Source of the DNA: Carcharhinus longimanus
Taxonomy: Eukaryota
Reading direction: 5' to 3'
Length of the DNA: 64,000 nucleotides
NCBI GenBank assembly: GCA_030264375.1
Contig: JASCQW010000139.1
Span: 34,644,076 to 34,708,075 of the forward strand
In this document: in pieces, positions 24,780 through 38,400 of the stretch
How positions within the stretch are numbered: the stretch's first letter is position 1
Layout of the letters: each line of letters begins with the position of its first letter
Notes under the pieces: model-generated
What the model saw: the letters and a program-made list of their open reading frames with translations, nothing else
Told to the model about the DNA's origin: nothing
Database searches by the model: none
Program-made: the position numbers and the translations under genes

Positions 24780-27205
24780 ACCTTTGCAATTGTGTTAGGA
24801 AAAGAAGTGTTTGATTAATGTGATCACCCAGTTTGGCAATGATGGATTTGCTGAATAATTGATTTGTGTCAGTATTTACATTGAGGAAGATGCTAGCATG
24901 CCAGGCATCCCAAGAAAGCTAGTATCAGACTCATCAAAACCAAAAGAAGCAAAATAACAGTAATGAATGAATGTAATGGCATGATGGAGTATCAAAATCC
25001 TCAGGAACAATGGTCTTGAAGAAAGTTGATGAAAATGTTACAGATGTTGTAGCCAAAATCATCTAAACTTTACTCGATTCAGGAATCATTCCTTTAGCTT
25101 GGAAATGGTTCATGTCACTCTACTTTTGAAGAAAAGTGAGAGCAGGAAAACCAGGGAACTATAGATCAGTTTGCCTAACATATATAGATGAGCAATTAGT
25201 AGAGTGCATAATTAAGGATAGGATGAGGAAACATCTGGAGATTGGTGAGTGCCAGTATGAGGATAGGCCAGGCAAGTCGCGTGCTGGCTCACTCTAGCCC
25301 TTTTAAGATAGTTATGCTGAAGTTGGAGGTGCTTTTATTAACCCCAAATCCAACCCTGGGAAGCCAGAGTAATTGTATTCATTAACTGCTTTGGGATAGA
25401 AAGCTACATGTCAAAGTTTGCTGACAAAAACTAGGCAGTACTCTAGAAGAATAAAATTACAAAGATTAACCACATGGATAAAACTGTGGCGAATGTAAGG
25501 TTATTCGCTTAGGGACCTTGTTCTATTTATTTTAGATCTAATCTAAGTGTTGAAAAGCTGGAAACAGCACAGATGTGAAAAGACTTGGGAATTTAGTACA
25601 TGTATCATTAAAACATTCTGAACGTTAGAAAACAAATAACAGGAACAGGAGTGGAGGCCATTTGGCCTCTCCAGCTTGTTCTGCCATTCAGAAAGATCAC
25701 GGCTGATCTGATCATGGTGTCAAGTTCATTTTCCAGCCTCTTCCCTCCTCCCCACGATCCTTGTAAATCAAAGATTTGTCCAACTCGGCCTTGAATATAT
25801 TCAATGACCAAAACTCCATTTCTCTCTGCAGTAAAGAATTCCACAGCTTAATCGGTCTTGGAAGAAATTCCTCCTCATCTTTGTCTTACATGGAAGACCC
25901 CTTATTTTGAAACTATCCCCTTGTTTTAGATTGCCCCATGAGGGGGACATTTACTTCAGCATCTACCTTGTCAGGACCCCTCAATCTTTATACTATTCAT
26001 TAAAATTGCATCTTGTTCTTCTAAGCTCCAACGAGTATACACCCAACCTGCTCAACTTTTTCTCATGAGACAACTCATGAGAATCAATTTGATGAACCTT
26101 CTCTGAACTGCCTCTAATGCAAATACCTTTAAGTAAGGAGACCATAAGTGTATGTAATATTCTGTGTGACCTTACCAATGCTCTTTACAATTATAGCAAA
26201 ACTTCCCTAGTTTTGTACTCCACACCACCCCCACCCCCCAACCTTGAAATCAAGACCAAGTTTCTATTTGCCATTCTAATTGCTTATTATACCTCTTTAA
26301 CTTTATGATTCATGTATGAAGACACTCAGATCCCTCTGTACCTCAGCATTCTGTACCCCTCTCCATTTTAAATATTCTGTCACCCTAGTCTTCTTGCCCA
26401 AGTGGACAACTTCCCATTTTCCCACATTATACTTCTATCTGCCTAATTTGTGCCCACTCCCTTAACCAATCTATACTCCTTTGCAGAGTCTGTACTTTCC
26501 TACCTAACTTTGTATCGTTAGCAAATTTGGCTACTCTGTCCCTTCATACAAATTATTAATATAGATTGTAAATAGTTGTGGCACCAACACATCCATGTGG
26601 CGCCAACCAGTAAATAACCTGTTTATTTTGGATCCTGAACAGGTACAGACAGTAATCAAAAGGGCTAATGGAATGCTGGTCATTGTATCTCAGGAACTAA
26701 GAGTAATCCACTTTTTTTGTACCAAAACCATTCAGACCATATCTGCAGCACGCCAAGCAGTTCAGAGCACCACAACTTATGGAGCTGGGGAGGTTGGGGT
26801 TGGCCAGTGCCAATTTTCCAGAACAATACTGGAACTCTAACTGTTTTGAGGAGAGGGGTATATGAACCAGGGCTGCATTTCCTGGAAATTGGATGGCTAA
26901 ATGGTAACTTGATCGAAGTTTTCAAGATATTAAGGGAAATAGATAGGGTTGATGGAAGCTATTTCCACTGGTTGAGAAGTCTAGGGAATGGAGGTCAATT
27001 ATAGTCTTGATTTTTTTGGCATGAAACTGGATAACACTTCTATCCAGAATTANNNNNNNNNNCCAAAAACAATATTTGATACTAGATCAGTTGTTACTTG
27101 GGTTTTTATTCCTGAGAGGAAGGCAATAGACAGAGTTAGGTCACAGTTCAGCCATGATCTCATTGAATGTCAGAGAACAGCCTTGTAAGGCCAAATGGCT
27201 TTTAT
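24780..27205. mobile_element. Nested decayed CR1 LINEs (plus-strand copy interrupted by a minus-strand copy at about 25620-26635)
   Basis: Degenerate RT-region sequence (GGGAACTATAGATCAGTTTGCCTAACAT, TTTGCTGAC) and CR1 tails at 25625 (-) and 27190 (+). Confidence 0.7.
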
Positions 27206-27337
27206 TACATTGCTATACAAAAATTGGCTTTCGTTTCTTACATTACAATGGTGAGTTCACTTCAAAAGTGCTTCAGTGATTTACACTATTTTGGTGTGGA
27301 TGAAAAAGGTGCCGGGCACTTTATAAATGCAAATCAT
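27205..27337 (+). mobile_element. DeuSINE-like 3' tail
   Basis: AAATTGGCT...CATTACAATGGTGAGTTCACTTCAAAAG...TATAAATGCAAATC; related minus-strand relics at about 49340-49620 and 58290-58420. Confidence 0.6.
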
Positions 27338-27542
27338 TATACCATCACAGGATATATAACATATACAATATGTGTGTAACCTGACCACCAGGCTGCTATA
27401 ATATATTTTACCACAGCCTTGTGCTCAGTTATATTTGCAACCTCCAAATAAACCTTTAATTCTAAATTCTGTTTGCCCTGCAATGCCTTTTTTTTCTGTG
27501 CACAGTTTGGTCATTGAATCCACAGTTAGGGTTGTTTTGTAG

Positions 27543-27797
<255 letters not shown>

Positions 27798-28197
27798 TGA
27801 TAGCGAGTAAAGATGCAAAAGAGGAAGCATTTCTCCGTTTGGATGTGGTAGATATGGGAGTATGAGTTCACAGCAACCATGTATCTCTTTTCTGTGAGGC
27901 CAACATATGATGAACTAAAACAGTTTTCTACTGAATAGGGACATTTTGTTAAAAGATGAGGAATTGAAAATGTCTGAAGGTCAGTCATCCCTACCTGGTC
28001 AGTGCGTTTATGGAAGGGCTTAAGTGGATAACATAATCACGGTTACAATGTAGTTTGCAGTGGGCTAAATGCATTTTCCTGTCTTGATACTTTTGATTCT
28101 TTTGTCTGTCTTTTGATGAAACAAGCGCTAAGCTGCCTTATAAGAGAAATCCTAACTAGAATAAGAGCTTTGAGAGAACTACTTTCTTTTGTAGTCA

Positions 28198-28648
28198 TAC
28201 TGGGCTATCTAATGAGAGGTTCCTATGTTCTCGCACTGGGCTATCTAATGAGGCTCCTGTGTTCTCGCACTGGGCTATCTAATGAGAGGCTCCTGTGTTC
28301 TCGCACTGGGCTATCTAATGAGAGGCTCCTGTGTTCTCGCACTGGGCTATCTAATGAGAGGCNNNNNNNNNNNNNNNNNNNNNNNNNNNNNNNNNNNNNN
28401 NNNNNNNNNNNNNNNNNNNNNNNNNNNNNNNNNNNNNNNNNNNNNNNNNNNNNNNNNNNNNNGTAACAGGAGGTTCCTGTGTTCTCGCACTGGGCTGTGT
28501 AACAGGAGGTTCCTGTGTTCTCGCACTGGGCTGTGTAACAGGAGGTTCCTGTGTTCTCGCACTGGGCTGTGTAACGGGAGGTTCCTGTGTTCTCGCACTG
28601 GGCTGTGTAACGGGAGGTTCCTGTGTTCTCGCACTGGGCTGTGTAATG
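28198..28648. repeat. 36-bp minisatellite in intron 9, partly collapsed in a gap
   Basis: Unit ACTGGGCTATCTAATGAGAGGCTCCTGTGTTCTCGC left of the gap and ACTGGGCTGTGTAACRGGAGGTTCCTGTGTTCTCGC right of it; at least 9 visible copies. Confidence 0.95.
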
Positions 28649-28689
28649 TAACGTTCTTTTTACTGCACAATTCCAGTGTGTCTAATGGG

Positions 28690-29515
28690 CCACAGGCATC
28701 ACTGACTGGCCAGCATTTATTGCCAATCCATAGTTTCCTTGAGAAGGTGGTGGTGAGCTGCTTTCTTGAATTGCTGCCGTTAGGGAGGGAATTCCAAGAT
28801 TTTAACCCAGCGACTGTGACGCAATGGTGATATATTCCCAAGTCAGGACAATGAGTGGCTTGGAGGGGAACTTGCAGGTGGTGCTGTTCCCATATACTTG
28901 CTGCCCTTGTCCTTCTAAATGGAAGTGGTCATGGGTTTGGAAGATGCTGTCTAAGGATCTTTAGTGAATTGCTGCAGTATGCACTGCTGCTACTGAGCAT
29001 TGGTGGTGGAGGGAGTGATTGGCACCACATCCAATCAGGCTGCTTTGCCCTGGATGGTGTCAAGCTTCTTGTGTTGTTGGAGCTGCACCCATACAGGACA
29101 GTGGGGAGTTGTTCATCACACTCCTGACTTGTGCCTTGTAGATGGTGGATAAGCTTTGAGGAGCCAAGGGGTGAGTTACTCATCACAGTATTCCTAGCCT
29201 CTGACCTGCTCTTGTAGCCACCGTTTATACGGCAGATCCCGTTGAGTTTCTGGTTAATGGTAACCCCAAGGATGTTGACAGTGGGGGATTCAATGATGGT
29301 AACACCGTTGACTGTCAAGAGGCAGTAGATAGTGTCTCTTATTGGTGGTGATCATTGCCTGGCATTTTTATGATGCGAATGTTACTTGCCACTTGTTGGC
29401 CCGAGCCTGGATATTGTCCAGATCTATTTGAACATGGACTGTTTCAGTATGTGAGGAGTTACAAATAGTGCTGAACAGCACATCAGCAAACATCCCCACT
29501 TCTGACCTTATGACC
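28690..29515 (-). mobile_element. Decayed non-LTR retrotransposon 3' part (CR1/L2 group)
   Basis: Minus-strand peptide TVNGVTIIESPTVNILGVTINQKLN, an RT C-terminal region. Confidence 0.8.
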
Positions 29516-29850
29516 TGAGTGCACAAATTGGATCGTGGAACAAGACTACTTCAAGACCTGATGTTTTTACATTGGTTTTTAGAACAACCAAATAGTCCCA
29601 TTAGTCGCGTTGGTTTTTAGAGCAACCAGTTAGTCTCGTTGGAATTTTCGATTTGAAACGGCAAGAAGGTGGTGATCCTGACAGTCTCCTGGAATTTGGG
29701 AGGAGGGGATTGGTCTACCAGAATAGCTGTGACGTTGGCACCCAGTAATCCTCTGTACCCTTATGGGGATGGACTCACTGTAAGGAAGGTGATCTCCACA
29801 AGTTTTGAGATGTCTTTAGATGGATCTAGTCTATTATCAAAAGAGGAAGA

Positions 29851-30322
29851 ACATAGAATCATAGAAACCCTACAGTGCAGAAAGAGGCCATTTGGCCCAT
29901 CAAATCTGCACCGACCATAATTCTACCGAGGCCCTACACCCATATCCCTACATATTTACCCACTAATCCCTCTAACCTACACAGCTCAGGACTGCATCCA
30001 GCTTTAGCTCTTTTAACTTCTGTTCTTAGTGCTTAAGATCTGTGCTGTAATCTGGTTGATTGGAGTAACTGCAGTTGAATAAAACATACAATTGATAACT
30101 ACTTCCTTTTGATGCAAATTTTAAAAATACAATTTTTAGTATGGCCAATCAACCTAACCCACACATCTTTAGACTGTGGGAAGAAACCAGAGCACCCAGA
30201 GGAAGCCCATGCAGGTACAAGGAGAATGTGCAAACTCCATGCAGTGACCCAAGCCAGGAATCAAACCCAGGTCCCTGAAGGTGTGAAGCAGCAGTGCTAA
30301 CTACTGTGTTATCGTGCCGCCC
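29851..30322 (-). mobile_element. HE1-like V-SINE (tail A) carrying a ~139-bp foreign insert
   Basis: Colinear with the copy at 32121-32440 except for 29994-30132. Confidence 0.88.
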
Positions 30323-30646
30323 ATCTTAGCGTTTATTCTAAAAGAGGCTGTTGGATTGAGATCAGATACAATGTACTGGTTTGCACATTCTTTCCTTTAG
30401 TTTTTGCACCACACCCACATACAGACTAAAATCCGCCATGTTAGCATCTTCTGGACTCTTCCTGAGCTGTCTGGCAAAGTTATGCACACAACAGTTCTGT
30501 CAATAAGTGCACTATCGGGGAGAACTTTGTTTGGAGAGCATGTTACAGATTGAGTGCACTGTTCAGTGTTTAACCTCAGCTTTGAGAACTAACTAGGAGA
30601 GCTTATAAAATGGCTGTAATATCACTCGGGTCAAGTGTAACATTGA

Positions 30647-30910
<264 letters not shown>

Positions 30911-31798
30911 TAATCTAGAGCCACAGTACTGTTTGGAACTGTCTGTGAAGACTTTACTGGACTGTTTGCCAAGTAGTTTACTGTTGTCATAGTCATAGTC
31001 AGAAAGTCCTATATTATAGAAAGGCTATCTATAACAATACTGTCTATATAGGAGGAGCCTGATGTTGCTCCTCAGGAGGAGCAACACTATCTGCTGCTTG
31101 GAATACTATTTCATTTTGTCCCAAGCATGCAGTCTGAAATTGAATATTGATTAATCTAAAGACAATGATAGATGTGACTGATGGTGGAGACAGATTTCTG
31201 AAAAGGTATTGGACCCTGATTTCCACATTCAGATGGCCACTTGAGTGTTTTAAGTGTGAGCAGGCTCTCTCTTTAGCATAGAAGTGGTTTCTGTGTAGAT
31301 TTGAATGTAGGCTGTTCCACTACAATAGCAGTAAGGTTTGACTTTGGTTTGTAACTGAAAAATGGATGCATCGTATATCTCTCTTGCTATTTTTTCTGAC
31401 ACAGCAGCAAACAAGGTGAATTTATAGGAAGAGGAAAAGAGCGTTTAGCCCAACACGCCTGTCGCTTTTCTATATATGAACCTGGCTTAGTGTTCCATTT
31501 GTATCGCTGAGCCCCTTATTGCTCCATAAACACATTGCCTCTTATACCCATTTCACTGTCTTCAGTGTCCTTCTGTGTCAGCTTACTACACAAAGTTATT
31601 ACACCCTTGTTTCCCTTCGTGCATCCAACTTTAGCTCTTTTAACTTCTGTTCTTGGCGCTTAAGCTCTTTGCTGTAATCTGGCTGATTGGAGTAACTGCA
31701 GTTGAATAAAACACAATTGATAACTACTTTCTTTTGATACAAATTTTAAAAATACAAACAAATGTAACTGGGTTCTCCTTGATTTTTTCCCTCCACAG

Positions 31799-31858
31799 GA
31801 CCGCATCTTGCCATGGGACCATCGTGTAAGCTTTGCCAGGGACATTGCTGAGGGAATG
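31799..31858 (+). CDS. LIMK1: LIMK1 exon 11
   Basis: ccacag|GAC CGC ... GGA ATG|gtaagg; 60 nt; DRILPWDHRVSFARDIAEGM. Confidence 0.95.
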
Positions 31859-32120
31859 GTAAGGAGCTAACACTTTTGGAGGATTGAAGAGAACTGCAGA
31901 CAAAACAATGATCTCTGAGGATTGAATTCCAGTTGGTTATAGTAAAAGGGTGTCTCGTTTCAACAGGATGTGATAACTCAAACATGTTAAAGCTGTCATC
32001 TGACTGAAGCCCTGACCTCCAGTTCATCTCACAATAATGTAGTGAAGTTGAACTCTCCAAATTCTGTCATCTGTCTCAGACTCTCATAGGAACACATCCG
32101 AGTTGTGAATTGCTGGTGTT

Positions 32121-32440
32121 CATAGAATCATAGAATCCCTACAGCACAGAAAGAGGCCATTCAGCCCATCGAGTCTGCACCGACCACAATCTCACCCAGG
32201 CCCTTACCCCTATCCCTACATATTTACCCACTAATCCCTCTAACCTATGCATCTCAGGACACTAAGGGGCAATTTTAGCATGGCCAGTCAACCTAACCCN
32301 NNNNNNNNNNAGCACCAGGAGGAAGCTGCAGACACAAGGAGAATGTGCAAACTCCACACAGACAGTGACCCAAGCCCAGAATCGAACCTAGGTTCCTGGA
32401 GCTGAGAAGCAGCAGTGCTAACCACTGTGCTACCGTGCTG
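32121..32440 (-). mobile_element. HE1-like V-SINE (tail A)
   Basis: (CATAGAAT)n tail, V-domain and tRNA-like head GCACGGTAGCACAGTGGTTAGCACTGCTGC on -. Confidence 0.88.
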
Positions 32441-33063
32441 TTGAGATTTTAATGCCAGATTCAGTCTTGTGTGGACTTTTTAGAATGTTGCAAAGTATCC
32501 TGCACACGAGAGGACCCACTTCAAACTGAACCAGTCCGCTTTTTTTTCTTTTACTTTGTATCAGTGGTGAACTGTGACCCAAAACTACAGTGGCTGTGTG
32601 ATTTAACCGCAGTTTTGTGGCAGGCTAGGTGCTTGTCATCAGTTTTCCAGAGAGGCTGGAGTGCTGCATCTACGTTGGGCTCTTAGTGGAAGAATTTGAT
32701 ACCTAAAGGGTTAACATGGGACGAGTACGGTATCACTCTCACACTGATGTAAAAAGACACATGACCTAGAGCTTTAAGGGCAGTCTAGAGATTGATAGCA
32801 TCAGGACTGGGAATGGGGTCCTCTCCAAACCTTTGCCCTCTATTGCAAATGTGTACATCGTCCACTTAATCGTAACTTCGAGACTGCTTCATGGTTCCCT
32901 AGCAGTACACATCATGGGGAATGATAACCGATCAGCCTCCACCCACCGATCCCCCCCTCAGGCTGCCTTCTCTCTGGGCTGCAAAACTTTGAATAAATTA
33001 AAGCAGAAATGGTAGTTATTTTAAAACTCTTCACTCTGTCTCCTGTTTGCTTTCTGATTTCAG

Positions 33064-33129
33064 TCTTATCTGCATTCCATGAACATAATCCATCGAGACT
33101 TGAACTCTCATAACTGCCTAGTACGTGAG
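33064..33129 (+). CDS. LIMK1: LIMK1 exon 12 (catalytic loop HRDLN)
   Basis: tttcag|TCT TAT ... CGT GAG|gtaagc; 66 nt; [22 protein letters not shown] with the LIMK-specific DLNSHN motif. Confidence 0.97.
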
Positions 33130-33386
33130 GTAAGCATCTGTGAAACTGGAAAAGTTGGGGAAGGTGCACTGGACGCTACTCGATTCCTGTCTGCGGTGGG
33201 GAGGGCACTCCCAAGCAGTGCTTGCTTCCTTTTGGGGGCGGGGTTGGTTCTTCCCTGGGCAGTCAGATTCCTGGCGGGGGGAGTGGGGTGTGGTTCTTCC
33301 CCAGGCAGTGCCTGGTTTCTGGTGATGTGACCTGGACAATGCTTGATGCCTCAAGGGTTCCTTTTGAATTTGATTTTATATTTCAG

Positions 33387-33558
33387 AACAACACTGTGGT
33401 GGTTGCTGATTTTGGACTGTCTAGACTAATGGTTGATGATAAAAAAGAGACAGACAATCGGTCTCCAGGAAACTTGTCCACCATGAGGAAACCAGACAGG
33501 AAGAAGCGTTACACTGTGGTGGGAAACCCTTACTGGATGGCTCCAGAGATGATTAACG
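33387..33558 (+). CDS. LIMK1: LIMK1 exon 13 (DFG, activation loop, APE)
   Basis: tttcag|AAC AAC ... AAC G|gtaaat; 172 nt; [57 protein letters not shown]. Confidence 0.97.
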
Positions 33559-34349
33559 GTAAATGTAAAAAGAGGAAACTATCTTTTCTCCAATTATTTA
33601 TTCCTCCCTCTCTCTTTGGGGCACTAAGTGTTACTGAGATTATACCTGCAAGCCTCATTACCCTGCCCAGTGATTCAGAGGTGAGCAAGGCAGTAAATGT
33701 CAGCAAGCCATCCAGATATACAGGACAACATCCTGTCCTTGTATAACCTGCACAAGCCTGGGTCATGACCCGGAATCAGGACTTCTTGGCTGATTGATCT
33801 ATCCTTTATCCTTCCTAACACAGTGCTACTGCTGCTATTCACCATGGACAGGAATCATACTGGAATTCTCTGGTACACTGATTCAAACATTTGGCCATAT
33901 CTGTACCCAACTGCAACTGAATGGAAGTTTCCCCGCCTCCCCCCGCCCCCAAAAAAAAACAGTATGGAAATGATTTCCAGAGCAGGTGCTGCCACTGCAT
34001 ATGTGGAGGTTATGTAAGGACACAGCCCTGTTATGTCCAGCTGAAAGCTCAATTGAATCTGTTAGAAAGGAGATTCTCATCCCTTCCCTCTGGAAGATTA
34101 TCAACCATAAATCTGAAATCCCTTAGTGAGCTGTGCTGGAAATTGCAGTTCATTTTGGGTTATCCAAATTCCATTCAAAACGGATTGTAAGTATATTCTT
34201 TCCAGGTTTCTCCAAGTTTCTTCTGCTAGCATCTGATCCCCAGTGCAGACAGTTCAGCCTTGAATGAATGAGGTCTAACTGCTGACAGAGTATTGGAGGC
34301 ATGTCAACATTTTGAGTGTGTGAAATTTGAGATGGACTGTTTTCTTTAA

Positions 34350-35130
34350 ATATTCTTTCATTGATGTGGGCAGTACTGACAAGGGCAGCGTTTGTTATTC
34401 TAAGGTGCTGGTGAGCCATTACTTTGAACCATAGCAGTCTGTGTGGTTTCTGTACTCCCACAGTGCTGTTAGGAAGGGAGTTCTGGGATTCTGGCAGAAA
34501 CAGTGAAGAAATAGTGATATGTTTCCAAATCAGGTCAGGATGGTGTGTGCTTTGGAGGGGAAATTGAAAGTGGTGTATTCCCATAACCTTTTAGTCGAGT
34601 TTGTCATGGGTTTGGAGGATACGATCGATTGAACCTGTGTATTGCACTGCATCCTGTGAATGGTACACACTGCTGTCATCATGCATCAGGAATGGAGGGA
34701 GTGGTTGCTGAAGCAAGTGCATGAGGTGCCAGTCAAGTGGGTAACTTAACCCTGGATGGTGTGGAGCTGCACTCATCCGGGCAATTGGAGAGTATTCCAT
34801 CACTCCTGACTTGTGCCTTGTAGGTGATGGACGGGATTTTGGGAATCGGTGGGGGCGGGGTTGCTTGATAGCAGAGTCAACAATCCCTTCCATCACTTTA
34901 TTGATCATCAAGAGTAGACTGGGCAGTAATTGGCCAGATTGACTTTGTCTTGCCTTTTGTGTACGGGACATGATCATGGCAATTTTCCACATTGCCGGGT
35001 AGATGCCAGTGTTGTAACTATTCTGGAACAGCTTGGCCAGGGGCACAGCAAGTTGTGGAGCACAAATCTTCAGTACTATTGCTTAAATGTTGTCTGGGGC
35101 CATAGCCTTTGCAGTATCCAGTGCCTTCAG
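34350..35130 (-). mobile_element. Internally deleted non-LTR retrotransposon fragment
   Basis: Minus-strand peptide PLAKLFQNSYNTGIYPAMWKIA joined to SGVMEYSP. Confidence 0.8.
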
Positions 35131-36237
35131 ACTCAGAATCTGAGCATTTAAGTTTAACTGGTCTGGGGAAACTCCCAATTTTGTCATAAGCCCCCACATG
35201 TTATTATGGAGGACTTTGCAGGGTCAACAGGGCTGGGTTTGCAGTTGATGTTGCGAGTGCCTAGGTAATGCTGGGCAGTCCATCCATTCTTTTAGACTTG
35301 ATAGCAGTTTGATCGTGGTTCTCTTGGCCATTTTAGATTTTCTTATGAGGAGAGATTGCATCTACTCATTGGAGTTTAAAAGAATGAGGTGACCTTATTG
35401 AGACATAGCATCTACAATGCCTGAGAATCCTAAGAAGTTATTGCCCCTTGTGGCAGAGTCTGAAACCAGAGGGCATAATCTGAGAGTAAGGGATCGCCCA
35501 TTTAAAACAGATGAGGAGGAATTTATTCTCTTGAGAGCAGTGAATTTGTTACTCCAGATGACTGTAGAGGCTGGGTAAGTATATTCAAGGCTGAGATTTT
35601 TAATCATAAAAGAATCGAGTGTTGTGGGGTTAAGGCAGTTGGGAAGGTGAAGTTGGGAATTACTGTATTAGATTAGTAATGATCTCATTGAATGTTGGAA
35701 AAGACTCAGTGGGCTGAGTGGCCTACTGCTTCTCCTACGTCTTGTCACTTGAGTCACATGTAGGCCAGACCAGTTAAGGTATGGTAGATTTCCTTTCCTA
35801 AAACACATTACTTACCATTTTTTACAACTATTGGTGCTGTCTCTGTAAATGACCTTGAAAATGAGCTTTTAATTCTAAATGTATTAGTTAAATTTAAATT
35901 CCAGCAGCTGCTGCAAGTGGGGTTCAATCAGTGTCCCCAGAACCGCTGGACTACTAATCCAGTAACAATATTATCTCCCCTTTTTCATATTCTCTTGTAA
36001 TTATTTGCTGGTGAAAGCAGTCCAGTACTCGGCAGTATTCTCTCTACTCCGCTCCCCCCCACCCCCCATGTTATTTTTTTGCCGTTTGCATAGTGGTCCT
36101 GTGACCCTCAACGATGCTTGTTGAAAATCAATTACTCAGTTTTACTCTGATTTTCCTCAGGACTTGTATTTGGTGGCATTCTGGTGTTCATTGGTATTCT
36201 CTGGTAGTGATTGTTACTGATATTTTTATGTTCTCAG

Positions 36238-36293
36238 GAAAAAGCTATGATGAGAAAGTTGACATCTTTTCATTTGGGATTATGCTGTGTGAG
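36238..36293 (+). CDS. LIMK1: LIMK1 exon 14
   Basis: tctcag|GA AAA AGC ... TGT GAG|gtaaga; 56 nt; GKSYDEKVDIFSFGIMLCE. Confidence 0.96.
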
Positions 36294-36499
36294 GTAAGAC
36301 ATTAAACTGAGCAGCTGCTACTTTTGACTGCTTATGAAAAGTAAAAACTTGAAAGCCACCTTCATCGCAGTTTTTCAATCCATTAGTTACATAAATTCCA
36401 AATGTTACCCATCTCGCTTCCTTTGTGATTGTTGTCACTCACTCCTTTGTGACTTCAGAGATTATTTTGTGTTGGCTTTGTAGCAAGATAATTTTTTTA

Positions 36500-37965
36500 A
36501 TTTATTCATGGGATGTGTGTGTCACCGGCTAGACTGGCATTTATTGCACATCCCTAATTGCCCTTGAGAGAGTGATGGTGAGCTGCCTCTTTCAACTGCT
36601 GCAGTCCATGTGCTACAGGTACACCCTCAGGAAGGGAGTTCCTGGGTTTGATCCAGCGACGCTGAAAGAACAGTGATGTATTTCTAAGTCAGGATGGTGT
36701 GTGGCATTGAGGAGAATTTACAGGTGTGGTGTTCCCATGTTTCTGCTTCTGTGTCATTCTAGGTGATTGTGGTGGTGGGGTTGGAAGGTGCTGCCTGTAA
36801 AGGAGCATTGGTGAGTTCCTGCAGCGCATCTTGTTGTTACCATTATGTTTTGGTGGGGAAGAGAGTGAATGAATGTTTGTTGATGGGTTGCCAATCAAAC
36901 TGGCTGCTTAAGTTTCTTGAGGATTGTTGGAGCTGTACTCATCCAGGCAAAGCAAATGGGAAGTATCCCATCACCCTCTTCATCCCCAGGACATTTATAA
37001 TGAGGGATTGAATGTCAATAAGTGATAGTTAGCTTCTCTCTTGTTGGAGATTATCATTGCCTGGCACTTATGTGGCACCAATGTTACTTGCTGCTTGTTA
37101 GCCCAAACCTGGATATTATCCAGGTCTTGCTGCATTTGAACATGGACTGCTTCAGGAACTGAGGAATCCTGAACAGTACTGAACATTGTGCAATCATCAG
37201 TTAACATCCCCATTTCTGACCTTATGATGGAAGGATGGTCATTGAAGATAGTTGGGCCTAGGACAATAGCCAGAGGAACTTCTGTAGTGATGTCCTGTGA
37301 CTGAGATAACCTCGTAAAAACCACTACCATCTTTCATTGCGTTAGGTATGACTTCNNNNNNNNNNNNNNNNNNNNNNNNNNNNNNNNNNNNNNNNNNNNN
37401 NNNNNNNNNNNNNNNNNNNNNNNNNNNNNNNNNNNNNNNNNNNNNNNNNNNNNNNGAAAGAACAGTGATATATTTCCAAATCAGGATGGTGTATGGCATT
37501 GAGGAGAACTTGCAGATGTGGTGTGGCCATGAGTCTGCTTCCGTGTCCTTCTAGTTGGTAATGGTGGTGGGTTTGGTAGGTGCTGTCTGTAAAGGAGCAT
37601 TGGTGAGTTCCTGCAGCGCATCTTGTTGTTACCACTATGTTTTGGTGGTGAAGAGAGTGAATGAATGTTTGTGGATGGGTTGCCAATCAAACTGGCTGCT
37701 TTATCTAGGATGGTATTGAGGATTGTTGGAGCTGTGCTCATCCAGACAAAGCAAGTGAGAAATATCCCATTACGCTCCTCGTCCCCAGGATGTTGATAGT
37801 GGGATGTTGAGTGATGGCAATGCCATTGAATGTCAAGGGGTGATAGTTAAATTCTCTCTTGTTGGAGATTATCCTTGCCTGGCATTTGTGTGGCACCAAT
37901 GTTACTTGTCAACCGAAACCTGGATATTATCCAAGTCTTGCTGCATTTGAACATTGCTTCAGTAT
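36500..37965 (-). mobile_element. Non-LTR retrotransposon fragment present as two diverged tandem copies around a gap
   Basis: Peptide DITTEVPLAIVLGPTIF...MLTDDCTMF is a degenerate RT. 36665-37150 is repeated at 37456-37965. Confidence 0.8.
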
Positions 37966-38400
37966 TGGGGGCTGAGCCTCCAATAAATAGAAAGAGCTTT
38001 GTTTTGTGTAATGCCCATTAGAAAAATATGTTTGGATTGTTTATAAGGGAAAGGAGATTTTTGGGGTGCATTAGGAGGACGTTTGACAGTATCAATATCA
38101 TTTGAGGAAAAATTGCCTTGTATGAGATACAAAATCATTATCCTTGAACCATTGTTCAGTGTATTTCAACCAGAAACTCTACCATTACTTCATTAGTGTG
38201 ATACAGTTTGAAATGGTCTCATCTCAGGAAGTGTTTAATATATGCTTAGGCTAACTAGATTTTCCTGCAGTTTACAAGACTGCACCATATCAGATACACC
38301 CATTGTCTCACGTATTTTGAAAGAAGACACTCTGGCTTCTGTCAGGATACAAAAATCCATAGAATCCCTATAGTACAGAAGGAGTTCATTCAACTCATTT

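Noticed and set aside
28198-28648. Regular ~36-bp repeats resembling a CRISPR array, and repetitive Cys-containing ORFs
   Set aside because: The units are head-to-tail with no unique spacers, there are no cas genes, and the array lies in a vertebrate intron. It is a minisatellite and the ORFs are a by-product of the unit length.
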